Of a DNA stretch of 64,000 nt, positions 37,024-50,184 are shown piece by piece. Numbering within the stretch: position 1 is the first letter of the stretch; the number at the start of each line of letters is the position of its first letter. Source of the stretch: Mustelus asterias (Eukaryota); contig NC_135830.1 of NCBI RefSeq assembly GCF_964213995.1, forward strand, positions 14,012,001-14,076,000. Reading direction: 5' to 3'. The notes beneath the pieces were generated by a model. The model did no database searches. It was not told the origin of the DNA and saw only the letters and a list, made by a program, of their open reading frames with translations. A program made the translations under genes and the position numbers.

Positions 37024-38137
37024 TAGAACATAGAACAGTACAGCACAGAACAGGCCCTTCGACCCACGATGTTGTGTAGAGCTTTATCTGAAGCCAAGAT
37101 CAAGCTATCCCATTCCCTATCATCCTGGTGTGCTCCATGTGCCTATCCAATAACCGCTCAAATGTTCCTAAAGTGTCTGACTCCACTATCACTGCAGGCA
37201 GTCCATTCCACACCCCAACCACTCTCTGCGTAAAGAACCTACTTCGGATATCCTTCCTATAACTCCCACCACGAACCCTATAATTATGCCCCCTTGTAAG
37301 CTCCATCCACCCGAGGAAATAGTCTTTGAACGTTCACTCTATCTATCCCCTTCATCATTTTATAAACCTCTATTAAGTCTCCCCTCAGCCTCCTCCGTTC
37401 CAGAGAGAACAGCCCTAGCTCCCTCAACCTTTCCTCATAAGACCTACCCTCCAAACCAGGCAGCATCCTGGTAAATCTCCTCTGCACTCTTTTCAGAGCT
37501 TCCACATCCTTCTTATAGTGAGGTGACCAGAACTGCACACAATATTCCAAATGTGGTCTCACCAAGGTCCTGTACAGTTGCAGCATAACCCCACGGTTCT
37601 TAAACTCCAACCCCCTGTTAATAAAAGCTAACACACTATAGGCCTTCTTCACAGCTCTATCCACTTGAGTGGCAACCTTTAGAGATCTGTGGATATGGAC
37701 CCCAAGATCTCTCTGTTCCTCCACAGTCTTCAGAACCCTACCTTTGACCCTGTAATCCACATTTAAATTAGTCCCACCAGAATGAATCACCTCACATTTA
37801 TCAGGGTTAAACTCCATTTGCCATTTTTCAGCCCAGCTTTGCACCCTATCTATGTCTCTTTGCAGCCTACAACAGTCCTCCACCTCATCCACTACTCCAC
37901 CAATCTTGGTGTCATCAGCAAATTTACTGATCCACCCTTCAGCCCCCTCCTCTAAGTCATTAATAAAAATCACAAAGAGCAGAGGACCAAGCACTGATCC
38001 CTGTGGCACTCCGCTAGCAACCTGCCTCCAATCCGAAAATTTTCCATCCACCACCACCCTCTGTCTTCGATCAGACAGCCAGTTACCTATCCAATCGGCC
38101 AACTTTCCCTCTATTCCACACCTCCTCACTTTCATCA
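37024..38137 (-). mobile_element. 5'-truncated CR1 abutting the decamer
   Basis: ORFs 37284-38138 and 37100-37306; tail agaacatagaaca at 37024. Confidence 0.88.
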
Positions 38138-38189
38138 CTTCTGGGCAGTTGAATTCAAATTAACCTGAGACGCAGTTTACCGTCTATTT

Positions 38190-38630
38190 GACGTATCGTA
38201 TTTTCAAAGAAGTTGGACAGGGTAGATGTTGAGAGATTGTTTTCCCTTGTGGGAGAGTCTAGGACCAGAGGCCATGATCTCAGAATGAAGGGTAGCCAAT
38301 TTAAAACAGAGACGATGAGGAAATTCTACTCTGATAGGGCAGTGCATTTGTGGAATTACTTATCGCAGGGGATTGTAAAAGGTATGTTCAAGGCTGAAAA
38401 AGGTAGATTTCAATCAGCAAGGCAATCAAATGTCATGGGGATAAGGCAGGAAAGTAAAGTTGAGCACCATCACATCAGATCAGTCATGATCTTATTGAAT
38501 GGTCGTGCAGACTCGATGGGCCAATTGGATGGACGGAGGGAGGGAGGGAGGGAGGAAGGAAGGGATAGATGGAGGGATGGATGGATGGAGGGAGGATAAA
38601 AGAGGGAGGGAGTGAGGGAGGGAGGGGGAA
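38190..38630 (+). repeat. CR1 3' fragment followed by GGAG/GGAT microsatellite
   Basis: DRVDVERLFSLVGESRTRGH; purine repeat 38527-38630. Confidence 0.7.
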
Positions 38631-39395
38631 ATAGGGATATTTTTGATAGGTTGACGGGATGCGAGAGATACCTAAAGACATAGATACTTTGGGATCAACA
38701 ATAGAGAGAAGTAGTGCAACAATTGATTGGTAAATAGAAGTGCTGTATATATAGTGGAATGGATAGACAGTCACGACTGTAAAAATAAATAAATCCACCA
38801 AATATGAATGCCAGAAGATTCCATTAAACAAAAACATGGCACTTGAATTCAGTCAAAATATTTCTACGCTGGTCACAAGCTTTTCATCTTGTGCCTCCTC
38901 TCCGTTGAAACATTTGGACTGAACGAGCAGAATTTAATGCATTTAATTCAACACATGGAATCCCCCTTATTTTTCTCAGTATAACAACGCTGCACGCTCA
39001 ATGATTTGCCTGTGAACATTCACGCTGACTCGGTCATTTATCCCATTAAGGAAGCAAACATATTGTCGCTGACAAATGTGGATCTCAATGCGTGGAGATC
39101 TTTACACGTGTGCATCTGCTTCCAACGGTCATTCTGTCCACAGGAGGGTGCTCTCCGATCAGTTATGAGCGATCACGATCCCCTCCTCGGGAAAGCCACT
39201 GTTTGAAGACATGAAGATATGTGGAGGAAATAAATCGCATTCGACTCATTAACTCCACACCTCCTCCTCCTCCCCCCCCCACCCCACCCCCCACCCCCCC
39301 CCCCCCCACCCCCCCACCCCACCGGGCTGATGAAAATCTCCAATTACAGGTCTAGTACAGAAACTGTCTTTGTTTCCGGATTTCAGACTGGAATC

Positions 39396-40219
39396 ATGGG
39401 GGTGGAATTCTGTCTGCCTCTGTTTATTGTCCTAATCACAGGTCGGTCAATTTGAACCTCTGCTCTAAATTAGCCAATCCTCATATTTATTCTCATTTCA
39501 ATGTTCTGCGGACTCGGGTTCGAATCCCGCCACGGCATATCATGGAATTTGAATTCAATTTAAAAAAATCTGGAATTAAGAATCTACTGATGACCAGGAA
39601 ACCATTGTCGATAATCGAAAAAAAAAGCAATCTCGTTCACTAATGCCCCTTATGGAAGGAAATCTGCCATCATTACCTGGTCAGACCTATATGTGACTCC
39701 AGAACCACAGCAAAACGCCATTGCACTCTGAAATGGCCCAGCAAATCGTTCAGTTCAAGGGCAACTAGGGTGGGCAATACATGCTGGCCGATCAGCGACG
39801 CCCAGGTCCCACAAATGAATTTTTAAAAATCCATCTCTGGGTGCTCATCCGCCTCATGTCCCTCCTTCTAACCCGTTCTTTGCCTGCTGCTCATTTTCCC
39901 AAATGAGTAACGGAGACGTCACCCAGTCAAGGAGTTGAAGCAGCAGAGGGTGGAGATTCATCAATACCCTGCAGCTACTCTGTACCGAGCTCAGCGAGAG
40001 AATATGGTCTATTCTGCTGTCGCCAGTGTCCACAACGACCTCCTCAGTATCTGCTGAGGGCCAATAGTTATGGATTTCAGAAGGCGGCTCCCGGCTTTCG
40101 ACAGCACAGCGGGAATCTCACTTGTCCGTTTGAAACTTGAAGATGACAGACAGCGCCATGTATTACTGTGCACTGAGACCCACAGTGAATGAGGTTCCCG
40201 CAGGCCTCACACAAAATTC
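39396..40219 (+). pseudogene. TCR V pseudogene (leader 39396-39441, SINE in intron, V exon ~39903-40180, 23-RSS 40181-40219)
   Basis: MGVEFCLPLFIVLIT; acceptor reads AA not AG; GDVTQ..IPCSYS..LFCCRQ..MTDSAMYYCALR with frameshifts; CACAGTG-23-ACAAAATTC. Confidence 0.88.
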
Positions 40220-41112
40220 AGGTGCTGATTGATAATCAAGAGTTTCGGATCAGGGCAACACATGGGGCTGAATTTCAAATAATATGTACAGATAATGAAG
40301 GCACCAATGCAGCCCCATCTGAGAGGCTTTCTTTCGCTGAACCCAATGATTGTCACTGTTGGGAAAGATGACATATTACTCCAGGGTGGGATTCAATCAT
40401 TTCCCGATCCCATTCTCACAGACCCGCAGATATCCTGGATCAATCAATCTGTACATGTAAAATTATTTCTGGATCACCTGACAATCTATCAGGAGACACA
40501 GTTTATCAGCGGTCTAATTTCAGCGTTGTCACATTTTCGTGGGTAGAAATAATGATTAACTGTAATCAATATTTTGGCAGTACCAGAACAGCGCCAGTGG
40601 AACTGCGTCTCGATGTGGAGTTGGGTGACTAAATATCCCCAGTACTTTTGAAAAGGTTTAACCTGTTGATTAAGTTCAAGCACTAAATATCCCTGGGAAT
40701 TGAGTCATATAGTTGTAGTATTTTAGAGGTATATTGCGCAGAAAAGGCCTCCGGCGCATCGAGACTTACTTTAATATATTTATTTGAACTTCTACCTTCA
40801 TTTCGGAGAAAGGGATGGCCATTAAGTTCAGAGGAAAAGGATTTGAACCGAGTCAATAACAAAATGGCTGACAATGGGAGACAGGGCAAGGGATGGAATT
40901 TGATTGGAGAGTGTAAGCCATTATACCACCAACTAACCGTGATTGGCCCTTAGCTGACTTCAGAGCGAAGAGACCAGCCAATCGCAGCACAAAGATTCGC
41001 CATTCAGTGTCCCGATTAGAGAAGCTGCCTCTGATCTGAGTTCACTCTGTGATACAATAGAAGGAGCAACATATTTTAAACAGTGTCGCTGTTTATTGTC
41101 CAATCTGGAACC

Positions 41113-41553
41113 ATGTGTCCCCTGTGTGCTTTACTGATAATAATAGTCATGCTGCCCGATGAGCCTGAGCTCAAATCCTCAGTGTGTGTTTCATGGGTTA
41201 TATTTACTCACAGATTTCTCGCACATTCTATATGTTGTTACAGGAACCAATGGCCAAGATTCAGTTTCCCAGAAGCCGCCTGAATTAACGTTTCAGTAAG
41301 GGCAGACGGTAATATTGAACTCCCACTTACGAAACAATACTTTTTTTTGATGCATCCAGTGTCCCGGGGAAGCTCCGAGATATTTACTGAGGAGTTACGG
41401 CAAGGGGAAGGGGAATAAGTCTCCCGGTTGTCCTGACCGGTTTTCTGCTGATTTGTACATAGACAAGGAAACAAGTCCTTTAAATGTCACCGAGGTCTTT
41501 GACTCTGACTCTGCCGTGTATCACTGTGCGCTGAACACCACACTGTTACAGAG
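41113..41553 (+). pseudogene. TCR V pseudogene whose RSS is split by a CR1
   Basis: Leader MCPLCALLIIIVMLP with donor mutated (atgag); exon from 41244 GTNGQDSVSQKP..DRFSADL..DSDSAVYHCAL; heptamer CACACTG 41539-41545. Confidence 0.85.
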
Positions 41554-42446
41554 ACCATAAGACCATAAGACACTGGAGCAGAATTAGTCCAGTCGGCCCA
41601 TCGAGTCTGCTCCGCCATTCAATCATGGCTGATTTTTTTTCTCACCCCCATTCTCCTGCCTTTTCCCCAGAACCCCTGATCCCCTTAGTAATCAAGAAGA
41701 TATCTATCTCTGTCTTAAAGACACTCAATGACCTGGCCTCCAAAGCCATCTGTGGCATAGAGTTCCACAGATTCACCACTTTCTGGCTGAAGAAATTGCT
41801 CGTCATTTCTGTTTTAAAGGATCGTCCCTTCAGCCTGAGGTTGTGCCCTTTTGTTCTAGTTTTTCCTACGAGTGGAAGCATACTCTCCATATCCACTCTA
41901 TCCAGGCCTCGCAGTATTCTGTAAGTTTCAATAAGTTCGTCCCACCCCCCTCATCCTTCTAAGCTCCAACGAGTACAGACCCAGAGTCCTCAACCGTGCC
42001 TCATACGACAAGCTCTTCATTCCAGGGTTCATTCCTGTGAACCTCCTCTGGGCCCTTTCCAATGCCAGTACATCCTTCCTTAGATACGGGGCCCAAAACT
42101 GCTCACAATATTCCAGATGGGTTCTGACCAGAGCCTTATACAGCCTCTTGTATTCTAGCCCTCTCGACATGAATGCAAAACATTGCATTTGTCTTCTTAA
42201 CTGCCGATTGAATCTGCACGTTAACCTTAAGGGAACCTTGAACAATGACGCCCAGGTCCCTTTGTGTTTCAAATTTCCTCAGCGTTTTCCCATTTAGAAA
42301 ATAGTCCATGCCTCCATTCCTCCTTCCAACGTGCATAACCTCAAAATTTTCCACATTGTATTCCATTTTCCACTTCTTTGCCCACTCTCCTAACCTGTTC
42401 CATTCCTTCTGCAACTCCCCTGCTTCCTCAATACTACCTCTCCCTC
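41554..42446 (-). mobile_element. 5'-truncated CR1 inserted in RSS spacer
   Basis: Tail (accataag)n at 41554; ORFs 41642-41896, 41928-42272 and 42136-42414. Confidence 0.85.
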
Positions 42447-42844
42447 TAGAGGTACAGTCAGTCTACAACAAACAGCAAAGGCACTCTCACCTCTTCTTAC
42501 TGAGTCAGATCTGTGATCTGGACTGTGATCTGTTAATATAACAGAAACACATTTAAAAAAGCCAACTTGCCCGAATGTTTTATTTCTGCGGCGCTGAATC
42601 TGTGTCGTTCTCTGTAAAACCCGTCTTTATAGTAGTTTTCCAGATCACCGAGCAGCTCATTGACAGGTAAACTTTGGTACTGTTATCGGAACAACTTGAA
42701 CTATTACCTGTAAGTGACCCATCGCAAAGATAAAGAAACACAATTATTTTTAATGCCCATCATTACTATTCTCGATCACAGAGAGACATAGTTATTCAAC
42801 AAGGGTGACGATAGGCAAATAAGGAATATGCGGATATTGCAGGA

Positions 42845-44075
42845 ACAAAGAACAAAGAACAAAGAACAATACAGCACAGGAACAGGCCCTTCGGCCCTCC
42901 AAGCCCGCGCCGCTCCCCGGTCCAGGATTGAATCCTGAATCCAGGATCCCCGCCCAATTTTCCAGCCTATCTACATACCAATATCCTATCCACCGAGCTG
43001 TCCCTCACAGCTACGATGCTTTGTTCATTACAACCTATTAACTTACCCCCACCCCCCCCATTCCAGACCATGTGATCTCCAGGGAGAGGCGAAAACCCAG
43101 AGTGAAAAACCCCAGGGCCAATATGGGGAAAAAAAAATCTGGGAAATTCCTCTCCGACCCCCTGAGGCGATCGAAACGAGTCCAGGAGATCACAATGGCC
43201 CCGATCGGAAAATGCTTCCCAACCCTAGTCATTTCCACTTCCACGAACACCATATGAATTCCCTGCCCCCGAGACAGGTTCCCAACTATCCGCAGTCTCA
43301 CTCTGTACTGGCACCAGTCATGATCAGAGAATGAAGCCTTGAAACGAGAAACCAGGAACAATTAGCCCGCGCCGCTCCCTGGTCCAAACTAGACCACTCT
43401 TTTGTATCCCTCCATTCCCACTCCGTTCATATAGCTGTCTAGATAAGTCTTAAACGTTCCCAGTGTGTCCGCCTCCACCACCTTGCCCGGCAACACATTC
43501 CAGGCCCCCACGACCCTCTGTGTGAAATATGTCCTTCTGATATCTGTGTTAAACCTCCCCCCCTTCACCTTGAACCTCTGACCCCTCGTAAACGTCACCA
43601 CCGACCCGGGGAAAAGCTTCCCACCGTTCACCCTATCTATGCCTTTCATAATTTTATACACCTCTATTAAGTCTCCCCTCATCCTCCGTCTTTCCAAGGA
43701 GAACAACCCCAGTTTCCCCAATCTCTCCTCATAACCAAGCCCCTCCATACCAGGCAACATCCTGGTAAACCTCCTTTGTACTCTCTCCAAAGCCTCCACG
43801 TCCTTCTGGTAGTGTGGCGACCAGAACTGGACGCAGTATTCCAAATGTGGCCGAACGAACGTTCTATACATCTGCAACATCAGACCCCAACTTTTATACT
43901 CTATGCCCCGTCCTATAAAGGCAAGCATGCCATATGCCTTCTTCACCACCTTCTCCACCTGTGACGTCACCTTCAAAGATCTGTGGACTTGCACACCCAG
44001 GTCCCTCTGCGTCTCTACACCCTTTATGGTTCTTCCATTTATCGTGTAGTTCCTCCCTACATTATTCCCACCAAA
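42845..44075 (-). mobile_element. 5'-truncated CR1 carrying the same 3'UTR insert as 20316-21770
   Basis: ORF 43389-43994 nearly identical to the C-terminus of 20341-21237; insert ~42924-43364. Confidence 0.9.
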
Positions 44076-44449
44076 GGAAGATGGATGTGAGGAAAAGCAG
44101 CCATGATCTTACTGAAGCTAGCGGACCCTAATAAAGGAGCAAATGGTCCACTCCAACTCCTGTTCCTATTCTCTGATGTTCTTCTGTCCAGTTAATTGTT
44201 CTAAGAACAGATTCAAATTGTTACATACTCCTCGCTCTGACGTCATGTTTGTAGAATGAAGACAGTCTTAGCTGATTAGATGAAATGTACGACAAAGGAG
44301 CTGTGAGCTGATTGGGTGTCTCCTGTTGGCTCTGTCAGGAATGAACCAACTGCTAGTGAGGCCGATATGACTCAACATTTTGTGAATTCTGTCCTGGAAA
44401 AATTGAGCTTCAACTCACTGAGTTCAGATCCCGCATCAGCTCTGTGAAC

Positions 44450-44960
44450 ATGTTAACTGTTACCTTTGCAGAAATTCTCTCAGCTTCAGCGCTCTTAACT
44501 GTCAAGTTCCTAGGTTGAATAATTTTCACTTTGCTCGTGATCCGGACTTGGAAATCACCCATTATCTGTTTCTCCACTGTTTGCAAACAATTCCGTTAAC
44601 TTGATATCATTGCCAATTTTTAAAAAAAATCTGTATTTTTAATTTGTTGCTAGGTGTTATCGACTCAGATTCTGTCTCACAGGAGCCGTTTTACGACAAC
44701 GTTTGAAGGAGATTCGCTCATGAATGATTTCAGAATGATGTGGGGGAAAAGCCCCCCATTCTTGATCTACATCCCTATATATGGCGATGTTTTCAGACCA
44801 GACCAGAGGGAGTGGGGACTCAATTTTCTGCATCTATGAACACTTCAAAAAGTGAAGGGAGTTTCGCCATACGTGAGCTGTGACTGTCTAACAGCGCAGT
44901 GTATTACTGCGGACTGAGAGACACAGTGACTGAAACCAGAGGAAATATTGAACAGATATA
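44450..44960 (+). pseudogene. Degenerate TCR V pseudogene (putative leader 44450-44513, exon from 44654, 23-RSS 44922-44960)
   Basis: GVIDSDSVSQEP...SNSAVYYCGLR; CACAGTG-23-ACAGATATA; CRE TGACGTCA upstream at 44238-44245. Confidence 0.8.
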
Positions 44961-45953
44961 CAGTGTGACAAAGGGAATAGAGGGTCAAAGGAACGGGTCT
45001 CCGGGGGCCGGGGGGTCGGGGGGGGGGGCGGGTGGCGGGGGGACGTGTGGTGGGGGTGGGGACTGAGCAACTGGAATTTCTAAATCCATCAGCGAATTGT
45101 TCTCATTTAAAAGAGATACAAAATATTAACAAGCCTTGACTAACAGATTCAGCACTGGCGAATATTTCCTCTGTTCCATTTACAACGAATACATTAATGC
45201 AAAGACGTGAATGGAGAATTGATACTCATTGGCAAATTGGAGATTTTGTGACATAATTGCTGTGTTAAATATTTGTTATTGTGTTCCAGATGTTAACGGA
45301 GGTACGGGCAACAGGTAAATGTAACAGTAGGTAAATAACACTGAGGGAAGTGCAGGAAAACGAATCCATATTTTGTGGGCATAAATTATTCTCTGGCTTG
45401 TTCCGATTTCCCAAAGCGCTTCTGGAGATTTTAGAAAACTTTCTGAAGCTCTTGTCAATCCAGCTTCTGTACTTAGTCGGTTTTCATACCATCCGTTCCA
45501 GTGCTTAAGCCACGCCAATTATTTCGTTTTAAATCATTTACTCTACTAATCGCTCCTCATCATGACTGGAAGTAATCCTTTTGCAAATCTTATGTTAACC
45601 ATTCTCACTTCATAAGTGAATTTAAGTGAGAGGTGTTTAGTCACGATTAGTTATTGGGATTTGCCTCAGCTGGCGGGCTTCAGTTTACACTATTGACTGA
45701 TGCTTCGCTTTGAATTCTCAATGTTAGTGCCGAGTTCCCAGTGAACCCCAAACAAACTGCAGCCAATTCTGCCCTCGCACAGTGAATGTAATAATCAGAA
45801 GGAATCTGTCTTCGATGTGAACGATTTTAAATGGTGTTTATGTGGATTGTTCTCGGGGTTTGCGTTCACGGGGATATATTTACGTGTCAGTGTCAGACCC
45901 GCTGTTGTAAACGGTACTCAGCAGACTGCAACCGTGACTCAGAAACCTGCGGC

Positions 45954-45992
45954 AGTTTTTGCACGACGATTGCACTAATTCTCATCACTGTG
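45954..45992 (-). other. 23-RSS (CACAGTG-23-GCAAAAACT)
   Basis: cactgtg 45986-45992, agtttttgc 45954-45962. Confidence 0.93.
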
Positions 45993-48066
45993 AGATCCTG
46001 TGCACAGTAATAGGCCGCGGTGTCAGACAGCAGCAGCTCCGAGATGGTCAAGCGGTGCAACTTTTCTGAGTGCTGAATTGTATCAGGAAACCGGGTCTGA
46101 GCGAAATCCGCCTTAAATTCATAACTGCCGCTCGTGTCCTTCCGGACCGCCAACTCGGGCTGTTTGTCTGGGTATTGACGGTGCCAGAATAAATAATAAG
46201 CATTGTCCGTATTGGTGCAGCTTAAAGTGACATCTTCTCCCTCTGACCGTGTGAGTGAGGATTCCGGCTGACGAACTGAATCTCCATTGCTCATATCTGG
46301 AAATCACGTTTAAACAAAGAAAAACATTAAACTGCACTGGGGGTGGAAATTCGCAGACGGTGTAACATAAAAATAAACATTAAATGATAATACATTCGTT
46401 CCAACTGATTTTTCGTCCCCGTTTACAATCCCCAGTAGAATCCTCCCTCTCGCCTCATGTCAAATGCCTCTGTCCCTTTCTCTCTCAGCTGTTTTATCTA
46501 GTTCACCCAACTGTGTTTTTACTCCTCTCCTCAAGTGTTCATTGTGTTAATGTGAGTCACTTTCTACAGAACTCTTTCTAAAGAAGATTCTCTGTAATTC
46601 TTCTTAATTTTTTTGTTTCACTTAGATTTATGGGACATGGGTATGGAATCCTGCCCAAGTGGAATCATTCTCTCCCCGTTCACCACGTCAAACCTCTTCA
46701 TCACTGTAAATACACCAGTCAGGTTATGCTTTAGTCTTCTCGACAGGAAGCAGAGAGTCGGAATAAATGGGTGTTTTTCTGGTTGGCAGATGGTAACTAG
46801 TGGCGTGCCGCAGGGATCGGTACTGGGGCCTCAACTATTTACCATTTATATAGACGATCTGGAGGAGGGGACTGAGTGTAGGGTAACAAAGTTTGCAGAC
46901 GACACAAAGATAAGTGGAAAAGTGAATCGTGTGGAGGGCGTAGAAGGTCTGCAGAGAGATTTGGACAGGCTGAGTGAGTGCGCGAGGATCTGGCAGATGG
47001 AGAAAACGTTGACAAATGCGAGGTTATTCACTTGGAAGAAATAATAGCAAATTGGATTATTATCTAAATGGAAAGAAATTACAACATGCTGCCGTGCAGA
47101 GGGACCTGGGGGTCCTTGTGCATGAGACGCAAAAACCCAGTCTGCAGGTGCAACAGGTGATCAAGAAGGCAAATGGGATGTTGGCCTATATCGCAAGAGG
47201 GATAGAATATAAAAGCAGAGATTCTTGCTGCATCTGTACAGGGCACTGGTGAGGCCGCAGCTGGAATACTGTGTGCAGTATTGGTCCCCTTATTTGCGGA
47301 AGGATATATTGGCCTTGGAGGGAGTGCAGAGAAGGTTCACCAGGTTGATACCAGAGATGAGGGGTGTTGATTATGAGGAGAGACTGGGCAGATTGGGTTT
47401 GTATTCGTTGGAATTTAGAAGGCTGAGGGGCGATCTTATAGAGACCTACAAGATAATGAAGGGGCTGGATAGGGTAGAGATGGAGAGATTCTTTCCACTT
47501 AGAAAGGAACCTAGAACTAGAGGGCACAGCCTCAAAATAAAGGGGGTCCGTTTAGGACAGAGTTGAGGAGGAACGTCTTCTCTCAGAGAGTGGTGAATCT
47601 CTGGAATTCTCTGCCCACTGAAGTGGTGGAAGCTACCTCGTTGAATATGTTTAAATAACGGATAGATGGATTTCTGATCGGTAAGGGAATTAGGGGTTAT
47701 AGGGATCAGGCGGGTAAGTGGAACTGATCCACTTCAGATCAGCCATGATCTTATTGAAAGGCGGGGCAGGCTCGAGGGGCTAGATGGCTTCCTCCTGCTC
47801 CTATTTCTTATGTTCTTATGTAAAAATTAACCTCAACGTTTACATTGCTTTCTGATAGGTGTCATCTCCCAATTTTGGTATCGGTTTGCTGTGCGTTTCG
47901 CCAAACTATACTCCTGAAAGTAAAAGCCAAGAGCAAAGACGTATGACAGGCCCGATATTGGCTTTTTTTCTCCAGAACTTAAACTCAGTTTACGCTTTTT
48001 TCAAGTTTTAAACTTCTTACCGACAATGACTGTCACCCAGTTCACAGTGAGAACCGGCATCCGCAT
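45993..48066 (-). CDS. TCR alpha/delta-type V segment, apparently intact (leader 48066-48021, V exon 46296-45993, 1.7-kb intron containing a CR1)
   Basis: MRMPVLTVNWVTVIV|gtaag; DMSNGDSVRQ..VTLSC..LFWHRQ..DTAAYYCAQD; 46-nt leader homologous to the one at 36853. Confidence 0.88.
46740..47820 (+). mobile_element. 5'-truncated CR1 inside V intron, antisense to the gene
   Basis: ORFs 46613-47044, 47016-47252 and 47225-47566; tail ttcttatgttcttatg. Confidence 0.9.
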
Positions 48067-48215
48067 TCCTAGTGCTGCTCCTGAATTCCAGGGACTTCTT
48101 GTGTCTCCGAAAGCTGCAAAATATCGAACAAGATAATGCTGAGAGCATTGGCTGAGGCTGATCCGTCGTCACATCCTACAGAACCTATGGGAGGAAGAGC
48201 AGAGATCGCTGGATC

Positions 48216-48234
48216 TGATTGGTCTGACGTCACT
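48216..48234 (-). promoter_or_regulatory. CRE decamer AGTGACGTCA plus CCAAT box
   Basis: Reverse complement agtgacgtcagaccaatca, ~160 bp upstream of the leader ATG at 48066. Confidence 0.75.
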
Positions 48235-49456
48235 AACTTAAACGCTGATTACAGAGAACTGAGACATTGACGATAAACTCGAGGCGAGTAAAGACAGCCA
48301 GCTTGATCCTAATTGAGCTAAGAGACAGGTTTACCTTCAATTGAACTGAAAGAAATCGCCTTGAAGAATGAAATGCAAGTGTTGAATGTGGATGAAGCTG
48401 TTCCTAGAATTTGAGTCACTGTTACTAATCAGACTGAGTTTGAGACGGGGGTCGATGAGGAAGATGTTCTCAGGTGTTCTCTGTGATAGTGCCATACCAG
48501 ACAGAGTGTGGAAATACAATGACAGTGAATAGGTGAAAATGAATATGTTAAAAAGGTTGGTTTATCAAATACACGTTTAAGGGTTGCACGCAATTGCTCA
48601 GTTTGAAGTGAGCCTGACATCCAACTCCTCTGTTCGGAGCTGATGGGATCTGTCTTGTGGATGCATTCTCCAGACTCTCTCCTTTGCTGAGGGCTGAAAA
48701 CAGGTCTCCAAACGTGCAAGGCAAGATCTCTGCTGATTTTCACAAAGGAAACCAAACCGTCCCTTGAAAAATCACGGGAGACGTTTTCTCTGACGCCGCA
48801 TTTCTGTGCTACGCAGCCAGCAGAGAAGTCGCAGGTTCGGGACAAAAACCCCACAGGGAGTTCCAGACAGCGCTCTCATTGCTAAACAAAATCAAAAACT
48901 CCGCCTACAAAGTCAGAGTAACCGGCAGTCTCAAAACAAAAACGTCAGGAACACTTGCGGAATTGTGTTAGTTAACTCCAGTTATACTGAGAGCAACCTT
49001 TAGTAATCTACTTCATTACTCCAATTACTTTTTTCCTTTCGATGTATTTTCCGTGACTGTAACATTGAACAATCCTCTCTCCATATCCCCTCCCAGTTTT
49101 CTGGAGCTCTCGCAGTTTATTTAAACAGAGAAAACTTATAGACATTGAACAGATTTCGCAAAGTGGTGACTGTGATCTTTAAACCAACCCCAAGTTGATT
49201 TTCCCTCGTGCCCAGTGAGCTTCAGAATGTTTCCTGGAGGCTGGTGTGGTTTCTGTCAGCACTAACAATCCAATTTTTTCTAATGATAATATACAGACCA
49301 GGATTACATTCCCCGACCACCTCTTCCACCTCCCCCAGTCTCTGAAATTTCGGCCGTTCCCGATCAAGACATGACTGTAGCCAGGCTCGGACGCTTTTAT
49401 TTCCATGTCAGCACCAGATCGCCACCAAGTGCTCTCACAGAACAAGAGTCACACAT

Positions 49457-49530
49457 GGAAGTGAGACATGAACATCCCGAGGGTTGAGAACAAATTATTA
49501 AAGGCGGGGATTAGAACGGGTATCTTCAAA
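49457..49530 (+). promoter_or_regulatory. Inverted copy of the V promoter module downstream of the RSS of the 50184 V
   Basis: ggaagtgagacatgaacatcc...ttattaaaggcggggattagaacgggtatcttcaaa, pointing back into the V gene; function inferred. Confidence 0.6.
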
Positions 49531-49682
49531 TATGACTCTGTGCTGATCTGTTTGTCGGATTGAAATCAGCAGTTTGTTTGTGCAGTTGCTTCTGGGAACA
49601 GTTTCATTCGAGGTTGGCTTGGTTTCCTTTCGCTGTACATTGTGGCTACATCTACCGCGATTTTCATTCTGTAGTGATAGGC

Positions 49683-49721
49683 AGTTTTTGTACAGGACTG
49701 AGCTTGTTTTCTGTCACTGTG
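49683..49721 (-). other. 23-RSS (CACAGTG-23-ACAAAAACT)
   Basis: cactgtg 49715-49721, agtttttgt 49683-49691. Confidence 0.97.
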
Positions 49722-50184
49722 CGTCTGATAGCGCAGTAATATACGGCGGTGTCAGCCAGCTTCAGACCCCAGATGGTTAAACTGGTGAATTTATTCTCGG
49801 TCTGGAGCTTAGCAGAGAAACGTCTTTTGGCAAAACCGGCTTTACCTTCACCGCCATCTGAGTATTTCCGCAATATAAACTTAGGCTGTGAGTCTGGGTG
49901 CAGCCGGTACCAGTATAGATCGTAGTACCTCGCTTCAGTATCATATTTACAATTTAAAGTCACCGCTTCTTCTTCTGTCCTAACATCTGAGGACGGCGAC
50001 TGAGTGACAGAATCTCCACGAATCAGATCTGAAAAAACAAATATAAAAAGATCTGACCGGCGACTGTTGAAAATTTTGTTTGACACCATGTTTCAAAAAT
50101 GTAACAAAAAAGTTGAAATGTGTTTGGTCCACATTTACCTGTCAGAAATATTGCCCACACAACCCAGATGCTGAGCAGCCGCAT
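49722..50184 (-). CDS. TCR alpha/delta-type V segment, intact (leader 50184-50139, V exon 50028-49722)
   Basis: MRLLSIWVVWAIFLT / DLIRGDSVTQ..VTLNC..LYWYRL..DTAVYYCAIR; open frame. Confidence 0.95.

Noticed and set aside
42560-42770. Possible leader plus V exon start relic on the minus strand (TDSAPQK-like)
   Set aside because: Too short and degenerate; no downstream V framework
48330-48600. Possible very decayed V relic on the minus strand (WY..HYHR..PE-like)
   Set aside because: No conserved Cys, YYC or RSS could be read
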